From a virus (Duplodnaviria; Caudoviricetes), in the IMG/VR virus record IMGVR_UViG_3300011423_000006, positions 60,303-124,302 of that record: 64,000 bases of DNA; one strand, written 5' to 3'. A program made the translations under genes and the position numbers. The notes below the pieces were generated by a model. It worked only from the letters and a program-made list of their open reading frames with translations. It made no database searches and had not been told where the DNA came from. Shown one piece after another: positions 63,508 through 64,000 of this stretch; the first letter of the stretch is position 1, and every line of letters starts with the position of its first letter.

Positions 63508-63508
63508 T

Positions 63509-63961
63509 TTACTTAGTCTTTTGTAAGCGATAAACGTAGAAAACTAATCCCATATAGTTTTGAACCCCCTCATCGGTAATATTATTATAACTACTACCAT
63601 CAAAATCAAATCGTTCATTTTTACGCCCGTCTTCTATAAAATTACGCGCATTTAATTCCAATTTAATTCTTACGCTGCCGATACTAATTTGGTTTTTAAT
63701 TTCTTCTAACTCTTGGGTTTTTTGATTTAAATCATAGGTAATCATCGCCGGGAAAATTCCAGTAACCGGAGTATAAGTAATATTAGCGGGCGCGGAACTG
63801 TCCCCATATCCATATATTGTATTAGTGCGGCGGGCAATGGTTTTAATTGGCTCTTTGTAAATTGTAATTAATCGTGTTCGACTATGGGAAAACGTATCAA
63901 AATGAGCTTGTAAAGCCCCCGTAAAAAAAAGAAGATCATTATTAGATAATAAACTTGCCAT
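63509..63961 (-). CDS. probable head-closure / head-tail adaptor protein
   Basis: 150-aa beta-rich protein in the SPP1-gp16 syntenic position. Confidence 0.45.
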   Translation of the reverse strand: MASLLSNNDLLFFTGALQAHFDTFSHSRTRLITIYKEPIKTIARRTNTIYGYGDSSAPANITYTPVTGIFPAMITYDLNQKTQELEEIKNQISIGSVRIKLELNARNFIEDGRKNERFDFDGSSYNNITDEGVQNYMGLVFYVYRLQKTK

Positions 63962-64000
63962 ATTTATCTTGCTCTGATAGAGTCGTCATTATCCGAAGAA

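Noticed and set aside
1-64000. Stop-codon reassignment (alternative genetic code)
   Set aside because: Standard code gives dense full-length genes, and TAA, TAG and TGA all end recognisable proteins

Overview
AT-rich, gene-dense 64-kb fragment of a large tailed dsDNA phage with a siphovirus-type tail. No bacterial housekeeping genes, rRNA, tRNA or CRISPR array were recognised. Layout: (1) 1-11 kb, + strand: sugar-nucleotide and glycan cluster (nucleotidyltransferase, HAD phosphatase, transaldolase, GT2/GT4/GT9 transferases, epimerase, Gmd, methyltransferases). (2) 11-26 kb, +: replication and recombination genes (RecA, DnaB, DnaG, PD-(D/E)XK nucleases, DNA Pol III split into PHP, DEDDh exonuclease and DnaE core, DNA methyltransferase, probable SSB and annealase) plus two more glycosyltransferase genes. 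(3) 26-44 kb, -: a 2559-aa fibre, a GT4 fused to a TibC/Aah-type protein O-heptosyltransferase, a GT4-FkbM fusion and three tail-tube paralogues. (4) 44-52 kb, +: lambda-like tail tip M-L-K-K-I-J. (5) 52-64 kb, -: tape measure, chaperones, HNH nuclease, major tail and neck proteins. The best candidate for a new system is phage-encoded virion protein O-glycosylation: the heptosyltransferase gene abuts a fibre with (Gly-Ser/Thr-Ser/Thr)n tracts, and probable surface tail proteins are strongly enriched in Ser/Thr-Gly dipeptides. Also seen: apparent CCWGG avoidance, a putative late promoter GTGTAAT, and sigma70-type near-leaderless promoters. All family calls come from motif recognition by eye, with no database searches.
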